Positions 1 through 9,387 of a DNA stretch of 64,000 nucleotides are shown here, one piece after another. This DNA comes from Candidatus Dependentiae bacterium UBA6230 (lineage in GTDB: Bacteria > Babelota > Babeliae > Babelales > Vermiphilaceae): NCBI GenBank assembly GCA_002441565.1, contig DJWM01000002.1, positions 31,728 to 95,727 on the forward strand, given 5' to 3'. A program made the translations under genes and the position numbers. A model generated the notes under the pieces. The model was not told the origin of the DNA. It saw only the letters and a program-made list of their open reading frames with translations, and made no database searches. The number at the start of each line of letters is the position of its first letter. Within the stretch, counting starts at the first letter, position 1.

Positions 1-1956
1 ACTAATGGCGTTGAAGCAACGCGAGCATTAGTTTCTGGCAAGCTTAAGGGTTCTGTGCAAGCGCTTGGATATTCCTGCTCTGGGCAGATTGTAGCGGTTG
101 GCAGTAAAGTACGTTCATTGCAGGTAGGCGATTTTGTGGCCTGTGCTGGTTCCGGTGCGGCTAATCATGCCGATATTGTGTGTGTGTCAGAAAATTTAAC
201 GGCTAAATTAAGCAGTGATGAGATACTAAAACATGCGAGTATCACCACACTCGGTGCCATTGCATTGCAAGGTATCCGTCGTGCACAGTTGCAGCTTGGT
301 GAGCAAGTTTGTGTTATAGGGCTCGGCCTTTTGGGTCAGATTACCGTGCAGCTTGCAGCACAATCAGGATGCAAGGTTTTTGGTGTTGATTTAGTACCTG
401 AGCGATTAAATCTTGCGCATCAACTTGGCGCACATCATGTGTACGATGCACGAAATCCGCAATTTATCCAGGATATTATTTTTGCAACGCAGCATCAGGG
501 CGCTGATGTTACCCTTATAACGGCTGGATCAAAAAGTGATGTACTTGTGCAACAGGCTATGGAAATTACCCGCAAAAAGGGACGTGTAGTTGTTGTAGGT
601 GACGTGGGTCTTGGATTACAGCGCGAGCAGCTTTATAAAAAAGAAATAGATTTTCTTATTTCCTGTTCTTATGGTCCCGGACGTTATGATGTGCAGTATG
701 AGCAGCAAGGTATTGATTATCCTTATGCCTATGTGCGCTGGACTGAGCAACGCAATATGCAGGCATTTGTTGATTTGGTTGAACGTAAAAAAATAGTCAT
801 TGACCCTCTTATTGGCGTTGAAATTTCAGTTGATCATGTTGAAAAGGCTTACGAACAACTGGCCCAACAAAAAGGACTTGGCGCTGTGCTGACTTATGAT
901 ACCAAGTGGTCTGATAGTGCTAAGCCAAAAATATCGTGTGTAAATACCAATATTCAGTTTATTCCGGCTATTCATGATACGCTGCGTGTTGGCGTTGTTG
1001 GTGCTGGGGGATTTGCAAAAATTAAGCTTATGCCTATTTTGGCTAAATTACGCAATATTCAGATTCATGCAGTTGTTGACCCAGATGCAGCAAATGCGTT
1101 GAGCGTATCCCGGCAGTATAATGCTCGTTTAAATCTGAGTAGCGATGCGGACCTTTTTTCGCAGGATTTGGTCGATGCGGTGGTTATTGCTTCTCCTCAC
1201 AAGTATCACACTGAGCAGGCACTCAAGGCTTTGGAGCGAGGTAAGGCGGTATTTTTAGAAAAGCCGATGGCGACAACCCTAGAGCAGTATCAACAGCTCT
1301 ATGAATTTTTAGAACATAATCCACAGGCACGTTTTTGTGTTGATTATAATCGATCATTTGCGCCATTTATACGAAAAATTAAAGAAGCAATAAGTGAACG
1401 TTCAACGCCAGTGATGATTCATTATCGGATGAATGCTGGATTCTTGCCCAAAGATCATTGGGTGCAGATGGAATTAGGCGCTGGAAGAATTATTGGTGAA
1501 GCGTGTCACATTATTGATCTATTTTATTATCTTACCGATTCTAGGCCTTTATCGATTTCCGTGGAAACACTTGGTGCACTGCGCAGCGATTTGTGTCCGA
1601 CTGATAATATTTCGGCGCACATTCGTTTTGATGATGGATCCGTATGTTCGTTGCTGTATACCGCCCTTGGTAACGCAAGGATGGGAAAAGAGCGTATGGA
1701 AGTTTTCTTTGATGGTAAAAGTATCGTGATGGATGATTATGTACAATTGACAGGATATGGTCTTGATCGATCATTTGATCAAGTAGTTCGCACGCCAGAT
1801 AAGGGGCATGAAGCATTAATACGCATGTTTTTTACCCAGGTGCAACAAGAAATATTTGCGCCCCCAATACCATTTGATCGATTGAATCGTGTTGCGCAGT
1901 TAACGTTGCTAATCGATGAGCTTGCGTGCAAGGGCGGTGGAGAAAAAGAGTTGTAG
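1..1956 (+). CDS. bi-domain oxidoreductase (MDR/zinc-ADH-like N-half fused to Gfo/Idh/MocA C-half); 5' end runs off the window
   Basis: Frame 1 is open from base 1, so the GTG listed at 55 is not a demonstrated start. The N-half has an MDR-type nucleotide loop (VIGLGLLGQITVQLA). The C-half has the Rossmann start LRVGVVGAGGFA and the EKPMA motif typical of Gfo/Idh/MocA. Confidence 0.75.
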   Translation, partial: TNGVEATRALVSGKLKGSVQALGYSCSGQIVAVGSKVRSLQVGDFVACAGSGAANHADIVCVSENLTAKLSSDEILKHASITTLGAIALQGIRRAQLQLGEQVCVIGLGLLGQITVQLAAQSGCKVFGVDLVPERLNLAHQLGAHHVYDARNPQFIQDIIFATQHQGADVTLITAGSKSDVLVQQAMEITRKKGRVVVVGDVGLGLQREQLYKKEIDFLISCSYGPGRYDVQYEQQGIDYPYAYVRWTEQRNMQAFVDLVERKKIVIDPLIGVEISVDHVEKAYEQLAQQKGLGAVLTYDTKWSDSAKPKISCVNTNIQFIPAIHDTLRVGVVGAGGFAKIKLMPILAKLRNIQIHAVVDPDAANALSVSRQYNARLNLSSDADLFSQDLVDAVVIASPHKYHTEQALKALERGKAVFLEKPMATTLEQYQQLYEFLEHNPQARFCVDYNRSFAPFIRKIKEAISERSTPVMIHYRMNAGFLPKDHWVQMELGAGRIIGEACHIIDLFYYLTDSRPLSISVETLGALRSDLCPTDNISAHIRFDDGSVCSLLYTALGNARMGKERMEVFFDGKSIVMDDYVQLTGYGLDRSFDQVVRTPDKGHEALIRMFFTQVQQEIFAPPIPFDRLNRVAQLTLLIDELACKGGGEKEL

Positions 1957-1984
1957 TATAAAATGTTGATTGAAAGAGTCGGTT

Positions 1985-3418
1985 ATGAAGTATGAGCTGT
2001 TGAGTGGTATTATCAAAGCAAAGAAAGATACTGTTTTTTTTATAGCATGCATCGGTGTATACGTATTGCTTTCTAGCATTCTGTACTATGCTGCGCCACA
2101 AATCAGCTCGCATCTTGATATAGATTCTTTGTGGTACGACAAGTATGCATTCCATTTTTTTCAGAGCGGAAGTATCACGGCACCACACAGCCCAACTACG
2201 GCACCGGAGCACACCATTGGTTATCCTCTGATCATGAGTTTGATATATAGCGTGTTTGGGTATACGTTTACGCCCATCATCTTGATTCAGATAGTCTGCA
2301 TGATCATACTTATGTGGGCTTTATTTAATATGACGTATCGCTTGTTCGGCCCGCTATCGGCACGAATTGTTGCGGTATTGAGTATTTTCAATGTTGGAGT
2401 TCTTGTATATCCGCAATTTGTGCTTACTGAAACAATAGTAACGTGTTTGATCGTCTTATTTCTAGAACGTTTTACTCAATTTTGGCAAACCGGTTCACGC
2501 ATAGCCTTAACAGTTGGTGCGGCGTTTTTAGGGGCATCGCTTATTGTCAAGCCGGTGGCTCTGTATTTTATTCCTGTTGCCGCGTGCTTTGTTCCGTTGT
2601 ACGTGCCGGGAACTCGTAAAAAGCTTATGACGGTGCTCTTGTTTCTGACGATTGCGCTGACACCACTTGTAGGCTACATGACAAGAAACAAAGTGTTATA
2701 TAATCATTTCCACTTTGCTCCTGTGATAAGTATCAATCTCTATGAATGGTATTTGGTTAAAGTTATTGCTGCGGTGCATAATATTACGCCATCAGAAGCG
2801 GAACGGATGATCCCTCCGTTTCAAGCGAACAATGGACTTGATGAACATGGCTGGGAGCCCGCTAAAAAATTATTGTTAAGATACCTTGCGCATCATCCGT
2901 TTACCTGTATTTCTGTGTGGATGAAAAATGTGATGAAGACAGCTTTGGGCCTTTTTAGTACACATTTAAAACTATTGCTCAATCCCATGTTGCGTGGTGG
3001 TGATATCACTTTTTTTTCTGGTACCGGTTCTTGGTGGGACAAAATAGTAACATATGTCAGTTCTGGTGCTCCTAATAGGCTAGTTGTTGTAATTTCGGCA
3101 GCGGAAGGTATATGGAGCATTTTGCGGTGGATGCTTATAATGTCTGCCAGTATGTTATTGTGGCTACGTAAACGATACGCACTACTTGCATTTTTTATGC
3201 TTTTTGTTTTGTACAATCTTATGATTACTGGTCACGATGGTTGTGGCCGTTATCGTTTTACCATTGAGCCTGAACTTATTATGTTAACTGCATTTTCATT
3301 AGCAGCATGGTGGGATATTTTAATGCAGCGACGAGTTCGTGAGGTTGGTGTATCAGCTTACAACCATTATGCACCTATGCCTGTGGTTTCCTATCAATCA
3401 AAGAGTCGTGAGCGTTAA
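1985..3418 (+). CDS. polytopic membrane protein, GT-C fold glycosyltransferase-like (GT39 / ArnT-PMT-like)
   Basis: More than 10 hydrophobic segments. An acidic first loop (HLDIDSLWYDKYA) follows TM1, as in ArnT/PMT-type GT-C enzymes. ATG at 1985 is preceded by AAAGAG; an alternative TTG lies at 1970. It sits inside a nucleotide-sugar operon. Confidence 0.5.
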   Translation: MKYELLSGIIKAKKDTVFFIACIGVYVLLSSILYYAAPQISSHLDIDSLWYDKYAFHFFQSGSITAPHSPTTAPEHTIGYPLIMSLIYSVFGYTFTPIILIQIVCMIILMWALFNMTYRLFGPLSARIVAVLSIFNVGVLVYPQFVLTETIVTCLIVLFLERFTQFWQTGSRIALTVGAAFLGASLIVKPVALYFIPVAACFVPLYVPGTRKKLMTVLLFLTIALTPLVGYMTRNKVLYNHFHFAPVISINLYEWYLVKVIAAVHNITPSEAERMIPPFQANNGLDEHGWEPAKKLLLRYLAHHPFTCISVWMKNVMKTALGLFSTHLKLLLNPMLRGGDITFFSGTGSWWDKIVTYVSSGAPNRLVVVISAAEGIWSILRWMLIMSASMLLWLRKRYALLAFFMLFVLYNLMITGHDGCGRYRFTIEPELIMLTAFSLAAWWDILMQRRVREVGVSAYNHYAPMPVVSYQSKSRER

Positions 3419-3420
3419 AA

Positions 3421-4530
3421 ATGAAAAATTTATTGACGATTATAGTTGTTGGATCTCTGATGCAAATAGCTTGTGCGAATCAATCATCGACTGATCTGAA
3501 GAATGTGTATGCAGTAATTTTGGCTGGAGGAAGTGGAGAGCGGCTCTGGCCGTTGAGCCGCTTGCAGTTTCCAAAGCAATTGCTGTCCGTAGAAGAACAA
3601 AAAACGTTCTTGGATCAGGCGATAGAGCGCGTTTCCACTTTTATTCCCACATCCCATATTATGGTTAACACTACGCGCAATCATGCAGAACGTATTAGCC
3701 ATGCAGTGGGGAATCGAGTAGGCGATATTATTATTGAACCAGGGGCGCGTAATACTGGGCCCGCGATTTTGTATTGTTGTTTACGTTTGCATCAACAAGA
3801 TCCGGATGCTGTTGCGGTATTTTTGCCGGCAGATCATTATATTTCTGTAAATGCTAAATTTGTTGAATTTTTGGGGCATGCAATTGCCTATGCGATGCAT
3901 CATGATCGCATTGTGCTCATGGGGCTTCAACCCAAATATCCAGCAACAGGGTATGGTTATATTGAATATGATCCAGCACTTGTATCCGAGTACAATGGCG
4001 TAGTTCCAGTTAAAAAATTTCATGAAAAACCCGTATATGATATTGCACAGGCTTATGTAACTGCAGGGAACATGCTTTGGAATGCGGGAATATTTTGTGC
4101 TAAGGTATCGGTATTTTTGAACGAATTTAAGACTCATGCACCGGAGATGTATCAGGGAGTGATTAAATCGTTAGATGACACCGATTGTTATCACCAGGTG
4201 GTATCTGAGTCAGTTGACTATGCCATCATGGAAAAAAGTGAACAGATCAGTGTGCTTCCGGCGGATTTTCCTTGGTGTGATATTGGTAATGTTGAAATAT
4301 TTTTATCGCTCAAGGAGCAAAAGCAATCTACAAACAGGCGGGTAATTACGTATGAATCACATAATAGCCTTGTTGATGTTCCAGATAGATTAGTTGCTCT
4401 TGTTGGTGTTGATGATTTGTGTGTGGTTGATACCGGTGAAATTCTTCTTGTGGCCAAGAGACAAGAGGCTGAAAAAGTGAAAATGATTGTACAGGCGCTC
4501 AAAGATATGAAGGCGTATGAGTATTTGTAG
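3421..4530 (+). CDS. manC: mannose-1-phosphate guanylyltransferase (GDP-mannose pyrophosphorylase) with a hydrophobic N-terminal leader
   Basis: AVILAGGSGERLWPLSR...PKQLL nucleotidyltransferase signature, and about 350 aa of ManC-like sequence. ATG at 3421 lies 2 nt after the upstream stop. An alternative internal ATG at 3460 would remove most of the leader. Confidence 0.85.
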   Translation: MKNLLTIIVVGSLMQIACANQSSTDLKNVYAVILAGGSGERLWPLSRLQFPKQLLSVEEQKTFLDQAIERVSTFIPTSHIMVNTTRNHAERISHAVGNRVGDIIIEPGARNTGPAILYCCLRLHQQDPDAVAVFLPADHYISVNAKFVEFLGHAIAYAMHHDRIVLMGLQPKYPATGYGYIEYDPALVSEYNGVVPVKKFHEKPVYDIAQAYVTAGNMLWNAGIFCAKVSVFLNEFKTHAPEMYQGVIKSLDDTDCYHQVVSESVDYAIMEKSEQISVLPADFPWCDIGNVEIFLSLKEQKQSTNRRVITYESHNSLVDVPDRLVALVGVDDLCVVDTGEILLVAKRQEAEKVKMIVQALKDMKAYEYL

Positions 4531-4574
4531 TATTCCAGTCAGGTGTACATGAGGTATAAAAAGAGGAGCTTTTC

Positions 4575-5648
4575 GTGAAACGAGCGTTAATAACGGGTAT
4601 TACCGGTCAAGATGGTTCGTATTTATCGGAATTATTACTGGCGCAAGGCTATGAAGTGCACGGTATTAAACGTCGCTCCTCGTCATTCAATACCAGTCGA
4701 GTGGATCATTTATTCGAGTCAATGCATGCGCGCTTCTTCTTGCATTATGGTGATATGACAGACGCAACCAATCTCATTCGCATTGTTCAAGAAGTTTGTC
4801 CGGATGAAATTTATAACCTTGCAGCACAAAGCCACGTGGCAGTTTCATTTGAAACGCCTGAATATACTGCTCAAGCAGATGCATTGGGAGTATTACGATT
4901 ACTTGAAGCAATACGCATTTTGGGTCTTGTAGAAAAAACACGTTTTTATCAAGCTTCAACGAGTGAACTTTTTGGTAAAGTACAGGAAATTCCTCAATCT
5001 GAATCAACTCCTTTTTATCCTCGTTCTCCTTATGCAGTGGCGAAGCTCTACGCTTACTGGATCACTAAAAATTATCGAGAAGCGTATGGGTTATTTGCCT
5101 GTAATGGCATATTATTCAACCACGAATCTCCACGTCGTGGAGAAACGTTTGTAACTCGTAAAATCACACGTGCTGTTGCACGTATTCATTGCGGCATGCA
5201 ACAACGTTTGTATTTAGGAAATCTCGATGCGAGGCGTGACTGGGGGCATGCTGAAGATTATGTGCGTGCCATGTGGCTTATGATGCAGCACAACGAACCA
5301 CTTGATTTAGTAGTTGCAACTGGTCATACACATTCGGTGCGTGAGTTTGTGGAGCGAGCATTTTTAGAGATTGGCATCACCATCATGTGGCAAGGAGCTG
5401 GAGTACAGGAAGTGGGTGTCAATGCACAGACAGGTACAACACTTGTTGCCGTTGATCCACGGTATTTTAGGCCAACTGAAGTAGATGTGTTACTTGGAGA
5501 TGCACGCAAGGCGCGAGAAATTTTGGGATGGGAACCACGCGTTTCGTTCCAGGAGCTTGTGCATGAAATGGTTGCTGAGGATTTAAGAGCATGCATTGAG
5601 CAGAAAAATACTATAGGTGATAGTGCTACATGTTATGAAGTGAGATAG
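4575..5648 (+). CDS. gmd: GDP-mannose 4,6-dehydratase (copy 1, no leader)
   Basis: [57 protein letters not shown] and [17 protein letters not shown] are classic Gmd motifs. GTG start is preceded by GAGGAG at 6 nt. Confidence 0.95.
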   Translation: MKRALITGITGQDGSYLSELLLAQGYEVHGIKRRSSSFNTSRVDHLFESMHARFFLHYGDMTDATNLIRIVQEVCPDEIYNLAAQSHVAVSFETPEYTAQADALGVLRLLEAIRILGLVEKTRFYQASTSELFGKVQEIPQSESTPFYPRSPYAVAKLYAYWITKNYREAYGLFACNGILFNHESPRRGETFVTRKITRAVARIHCGMQQRLYLGNLDARRDWGHAEDYVRAMWLMMQHNEPLDLVVATGHTHSVREFVERAFLEIGITIMWQGAGVQEVGVNAQTGTTLVAVDPRYFRPTEVDVLLGDARKAREILGWEPRVSFQELVHEMVAEDLRACIEQKNTIGDSATCYEVR

Positions 5649-5651
5649 AAT

Positions 5652-6791
5652 ATGATGCTAAAAGTAGTAATGATAGCAAGATGTGCGGTTTTTTTGCCAT
5701 TGGTGATGTGTTTAGATTTGTCTGCCAAAGTCGCCTTAATACTAGGAATAACGGGGCAGGATGGATCATATCTTACCGAATTTTTACTTGAGAAAGGATA
5801 CGAAGTTCACGGTATTAAACGCCGCTCTTCATCTTTTAATACCTCACGAATAGATCATGTGTATAAAGATCCCCATGAGCGTGTATCCGGTCGGGGACTG
5901 GTACTTCACTATGGCGATATTACTGATGCTGCCAATATGATTTACCTTATTGCAAAAATAAAACCGGACGAAATCTACAATCTTGCGGCTCAAAGTCATG
6001 TTCTGGTTTCTTTTGAACTCCCTTACTATACTGCCCAAGTTGATGGGCTTGGTACGTTGAATGTGCTTGAAGCGATTCGGTCGTTGGGATGGGAACACCA
6101 AGTGAAATTTTATCAAGCATCCACCAGCGAACTCTATGGTAAGGTGCAAGAAATACCGCAATCAGAATTAACACCATTTTATCCTCGATCTCCTTATGGT
6201 GTTGCGAAATTATATGGTTTTTGGATTACCAAAAATTATCGAGAAGCTTATGGTATGTTCGCATGCAATGGCATTTTATTTAATCACGAATCACCACGTC
6301 GTGGAGAAACATTTGTAACACGCAAAATTACCCGTGCTGTGGCACGTATCGCACTTGGTTATGATGAAATCTTATATCTGGGTAATCTTGATGCGAGGCG
6401 TGATTGGGGACATGCGCGTGACTATATTGAAGCGATGTGGCTTATGCTGCAACAGGACGAGCCGGATGATTTTGTTATTGCAAGCGGACATATGCACTCA
6501 GTTCGTGAATTTGTTCAGTGTGCATTTCATGAAATTGGTATTACTATCGCATGGCGTGGAAGCGGATTAGAGGAAGAAGGATGCGATGCTAAGACCGGTA
6601 AGGTTTGGGTAAAGATTGATCCACGCTATCTGCGACCTTCAGAAGTTGAACTGCTTATTGGTAATGCAAGTAAAGCGCGAGATATCTTAGGTTGGGAACC
6701 TAAGATATCGTTTTGCGAACTTGTGCAAGAAATGGTTGCGTGTGACAGAGAGTTGCTACATACAGAGCCGCGGATGCGCAGTGCTCAGTAG
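5652..6791 (+). CDS. gmd: GDP-mannose 4,6-dehydratase (copy 2, tandem paralog, with a hydrophobic N-terminal leader)
   Basis: Carries the same Gmd motifs as copy 1, and the two read as closely similar along their length by eye. The extra N-terminus is [26 protein letters not shown]. An alternative in-frame ATG at 5706 would remove most of it. Confidence 0.9.
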   Translation: MMLKVVMIARCAVFLPLVMCLDLSAKVALILGITGQDGSYLTEFLLEKGYEVHGIKRRSSSFNTSRIDHVYKDPHERVSGRGLVLHYGDITDAANMIYLIAKIKPDEIYNLAAQSHVLVSFELPYYTAQVDGLGTLNVLEAIRSLGWEHQVKFYQASTSELYGKVQEIPQSELTPFYPRSPYGVAKLYGFWITKNYREAYGMFACNGILFNHESPRRGETFVTRKITRAVARIALGYDEILYLGNLDARRDWGHARDYIEAMWLMLQQDEPDDFVIASGHMHSVREFVQCAFHEIGITIAWRGSGLEEEGCDAKTGKVWVKIDPRYLRPSEVELLIGNASKARDILGWEPKISFCELVQEMVACDRELLHTEPRMRSAQ

Positions 6792-6805
6792 AAGAGGGAT
6801 ACGCT

Positions 6806-7876
6806 ATGCAAAAAATAAATATGGCCATTGTGTTGATATATCTTATGATGCTAGTAACTGCTACCGTGTATGGTGAGAATTTTCAGATTGATAAGGTATC
6901 ACATATGAATGATCAGAATGCCAAAATTTACATTGCAGGGCATGGTGGGCTTGTTGGCAGTGCATTATGCAGAAGGCTGCGCGATCTTGGTTTTTGCAAC
7001 ATTATCACTCGAGGTCATCAAGAGCTCGATTTGCGAAACCAACAGGCTGTCGATGATTTTTTTGCGTGCGAAAAGCCAGAGTATGTATTTTTGGCAGCCG
7101 CTAAAGTTGGGGGAATCGTTGCAAACAGCTCGTATCCGGCTGAATTTATCTACGACAATCTTATGATTAGTGCCAATGTAATTCATGCGGCGTATAAATA
7201 TGGCGTTAAAAAATTATTATTTCTAGGGTCTTCATGTATTTATCCACGTATGTGTCCTCAGCCGATCAAGGAAGAATATCTACTTACCGGACCTCTTGAG
7301 TGGACAAATGAGCCGTATGCGTTAGCAAAGATCGCCGGTATTAAATTGTGTCAATCATATAATAAGCAGTATGGAACCAACTTTATCTCCTGTATGCCGA
7401 CCAATCTTTACGGAATAGGCGATAATTTTGATCTACAGAATTCGCATGTTATTCCTGGGCTTATAGCCAAAATTCATCAAGCCAAAATGCGTGGTGATCG
7501 TAGTGTTGTGTTGTGGGGTACTGGTACGCCACTTCGTGAGTTTTTGTATGTGGATGATTTGGCAGAAGCCTGTATTTTTTTGATGCATCATTATGATGGG
7601 CTTGATCATATTAACGTTGGCTCCGGGCAAGAAATTTCAATTGCAGAGTTAGCTGCATGTGTTAAGGAAGTTGTTGGCTTTGATGGCGAAATCATCTTTG
7701 ATACAACCAAGCCAGATGGCACACCGCGAAAACTGCTTGATACGACAAGACTTGCACAACTTGGTTGGCGTGCTCAAGTTAGCTTGCATGAAGGATTGCG
7801 AGCCATGTATGCATGGTATCTTGCGCAAGACATGGTCAGGGGCGAGTCGTCATCACGATCATCATGTGCTCAGTAA
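6806..7876 (+). CDS. fcl: GDP-L-fucose synthase (GDP-4-keto-6-deoxymannose 3,5-epimerase/4-reductase) with a hydrophobic N-terminal leader
   Basis: [14 protein letters not shown] Rossmann start, [21 protein letters not shown] and [10 protein letters not shown] (YxxxK) are typical of Fcl/WcaG. ATG at 6806 is preceded by GAGGGA at 6 nt. An alternative ATG at 6905 gives a canonical-length protein. Confidence 0.9.
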   Translation: MQKINMAIVLIYLMMLVTATVYGENFQIDKVSHMNDQNAKIYIAGHGGLVGSALCRRLRDLGFCNIITRGHQELDLRNQQAVDDFFACEKPEYVFLAAAKVGGIVANSSYPAEFIYDNLMISANVIHAAYKYGVKKLLFLGSSCIYPRMCPQPIKEEYLLTGPLEWTNEPYALAKIAGIKLCQSYNKQYGTNFISCMPTNLYGIGDNFDLQNSHVIPGLIAKIHQAKMRGDRSVVLWGTGTPLREFLYVDDLAEACIFLMHHYDGLDHINVGSGQEISIAELAACVKEVVGFDGEIIFDTTKPDGTPRKLLDTTRLAQLGWRAQVSLHEGLRAMYAWYLAQDMVRGESSSRSSCAQ

Positions 7877-7989
7877 AAGTAATAATGCACGGCCCTAGTT
7901 TCAACTCACTACCGGTTTAATGCATTGCTGTAATTACCTGTGTTATGCTAGCGCGAGAATGAAGGCAACAAAGGAGAGTGAGGTATCTC

Positions 7990-9387
7990 ATGATTGGAGT
8001 TTCGCTCATAATTTTTGGTGCAGCAGGTGATTTAGCCAAGCGCAAATTGATTCCTGCGTTATATGCATTATTTAAACAAAAAAAATTATCCTCATGTGTT
8101 ATGATTGGCTGTGCTGTTACCAATACCACGGCACAAGAAATTCTTCATGAAGCTAAGAAATTTGTGGGTGAGGTTGACGAAGCCATTTGGCACGCATTTT
8201 CCTCATTGTTTTATTATCAAGCGGGTGTTCGTTTTACTCGAGAAGCTGATATTGCTGCATTCCATCAGTATGTGTGTGAGATAGAACAGCAGCATAATCT
8301 TGGTAATAAGCGACTCATATATTGTGCGTTTTCTTCTGATTATTTTTGTGAACTTACCCATCTTATCGGAAAAACAAAATTGGCTCAGCGATCTTGTGAG
8401 GTGCCTCTCGGCTGGCATCGCATTGTGTACGAAAAACCTTTTGGTAAAGATTTAACATCAGCACGTGAGATTAATAAGTGCATAGCGCATTACTTTGATG
8501 AAGAACAAATTTATCGCATTGATCATTATTTAACTAAAGAATTGGCAGGAAACATTGCATTATTGCGTTTCACCAACTGTATATTTGAGCCACTCTGGGA
8601 TAATCGTTATATCGATAATGTGCAAATTATTGTAGATGAGTCCTACACGGTATCTGGGCGAGGTCTTTATTATGACAAGTATGGTGCGTTGCGCGATATG
8701 GTACAAAACCACATTATGGAATTGATCGCACTCATTGCCATGGAGCCGCCTACCAAATTAGAAGCGGAACAAATTCGCTCAGAACGTGCGTACGCATTGC
8801 AATTCATTCACTATGTTGACGGCATACTGGGTCAATATCAGGGATATCGCGATGAGCCAGGTGTTGACCCCGATTCAACGACAGAAACATGGGCAAGTTT
8901 AATGGTTGCTTTGGAAAATCCTCGCTGGTCTGGAGTTCCTTTTTATGTAAGGACCGGTAAAGCTATGCAAAAAAAAGAAACGGTGATTCATATCGTGTTT
9001 AAATCAGTTGAGTGTCTGTTGGTACATGGTTGCCCGGTACCGGCCAATTATTTGACTATTCGCATAGATCCAGACGCTGGTTTTACATTATATCTCAATG
9101 CAAAAAAGCCAGGATCTATGCAAGAAATAATCCCGGTTGCTATGGATTTTTGCCATAGCTGTTTATATGCACAGGCAACGCCGCGCCCGTACGAAATTTT
9201 ATTAGAAGAAGTGCTGCGTGGTACGCAAACAGTGGTAGTAAGGTTTGATGAAATAGAACAAGCTTGGCGTATTATCGATGAAATTAGAGCAAAAAATTTA
9301 CCCGTCTATCAGTATGCACAGGGTAGTTGCGGACCAAAGGAATTTCAGGAATTTTCTCAAAGACATGGCATAGGATGGCGCTCATGA
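7990..9387 (+). CDS. zwf: glucose-6-phosphate 1-dehydrogenase
   Basis: IFGAAGDLAKRKLIPALY dinucleotide motif, the RIDHYLTKE active-site signature, and the MVQNH block. ATG at 7990 follows GAGG. The ORF-track start at 7978 (GTG) lies too close to the SD. Confidence 0.93.
   Translation: MIGVSLIIFGAAGDLAKRKLIPALYALFKQKKLSSCVMIGCAVTNTTAQEILHEAKKFVGEVDEAIWHAFSSLFYYQAGVRFTREADIAAFHQYVCEIEQQHNLGNKRLIYCAFSSDYFCELTHLIGKTKLAQRSCEVPLGWHRIVYEKPFGKDLTSAREINKCIAHYFDEEQIYRIDHYLTKELAGNIALLRFTNCIFEPLWDNRYIDNVQIIVDESYTVSGRGLYYDKYGALRDMVQNHIMELIALIAMEPPTKLEAEQIRSERAYALQFIHYVDGILGQYQGYRDEPGVDPDSTTETWASLMVALENPRWSGVPFYVRTGKAMQKKETVIHIVFKSVECLLVHGCPVPANYLTIRIDPDAGFTLYLNAKKPGSMQEIIPVAMDFCHSCLYAQATPRPYEILLEEVLRGTQTVVVRFDEIEQAWRIIDEIRAKNLPVYQYAQGSCGPKEFQEFSQRHGIGWRS

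Noticed and set aside
1493-1816. Short ORFs inside or antisense to the bi-domain oxidoreductase gene. The many similar 60-120-aa ORFs in the track that overlap long conserved genes fall in the same class, for example 3781-4137, 5844-6161, 15453-15800, 29181-29471, 46634-46984, 47456-48025 and 61901-62332.
   Set aside because: They lie fully within strongly supported CDSs on another frame or strand. They lack SD sequences and have low-complexity or hydrophobic shadow-frame composition. I treat them as non-coding frame shadows.
7978-7989. N-terminal extensions implied by the longest-ORF calls for zwf (7978), gnd (9327), DJ-1 (12936), leuS (32068), uvrB (40215), mnmG (51793) and the genes at 20543-21226, 51966-52670, 54922-56445 and 61432-63159.
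   Set aside because: The internal starts have better SD spacing, avoid overlaps with upstream genes, and reproduce the N-termini expected from conserved family motifs. I took these extensions as artefacts. The manC/gmd2/fcl leaders are different, and I kept them as an open question.
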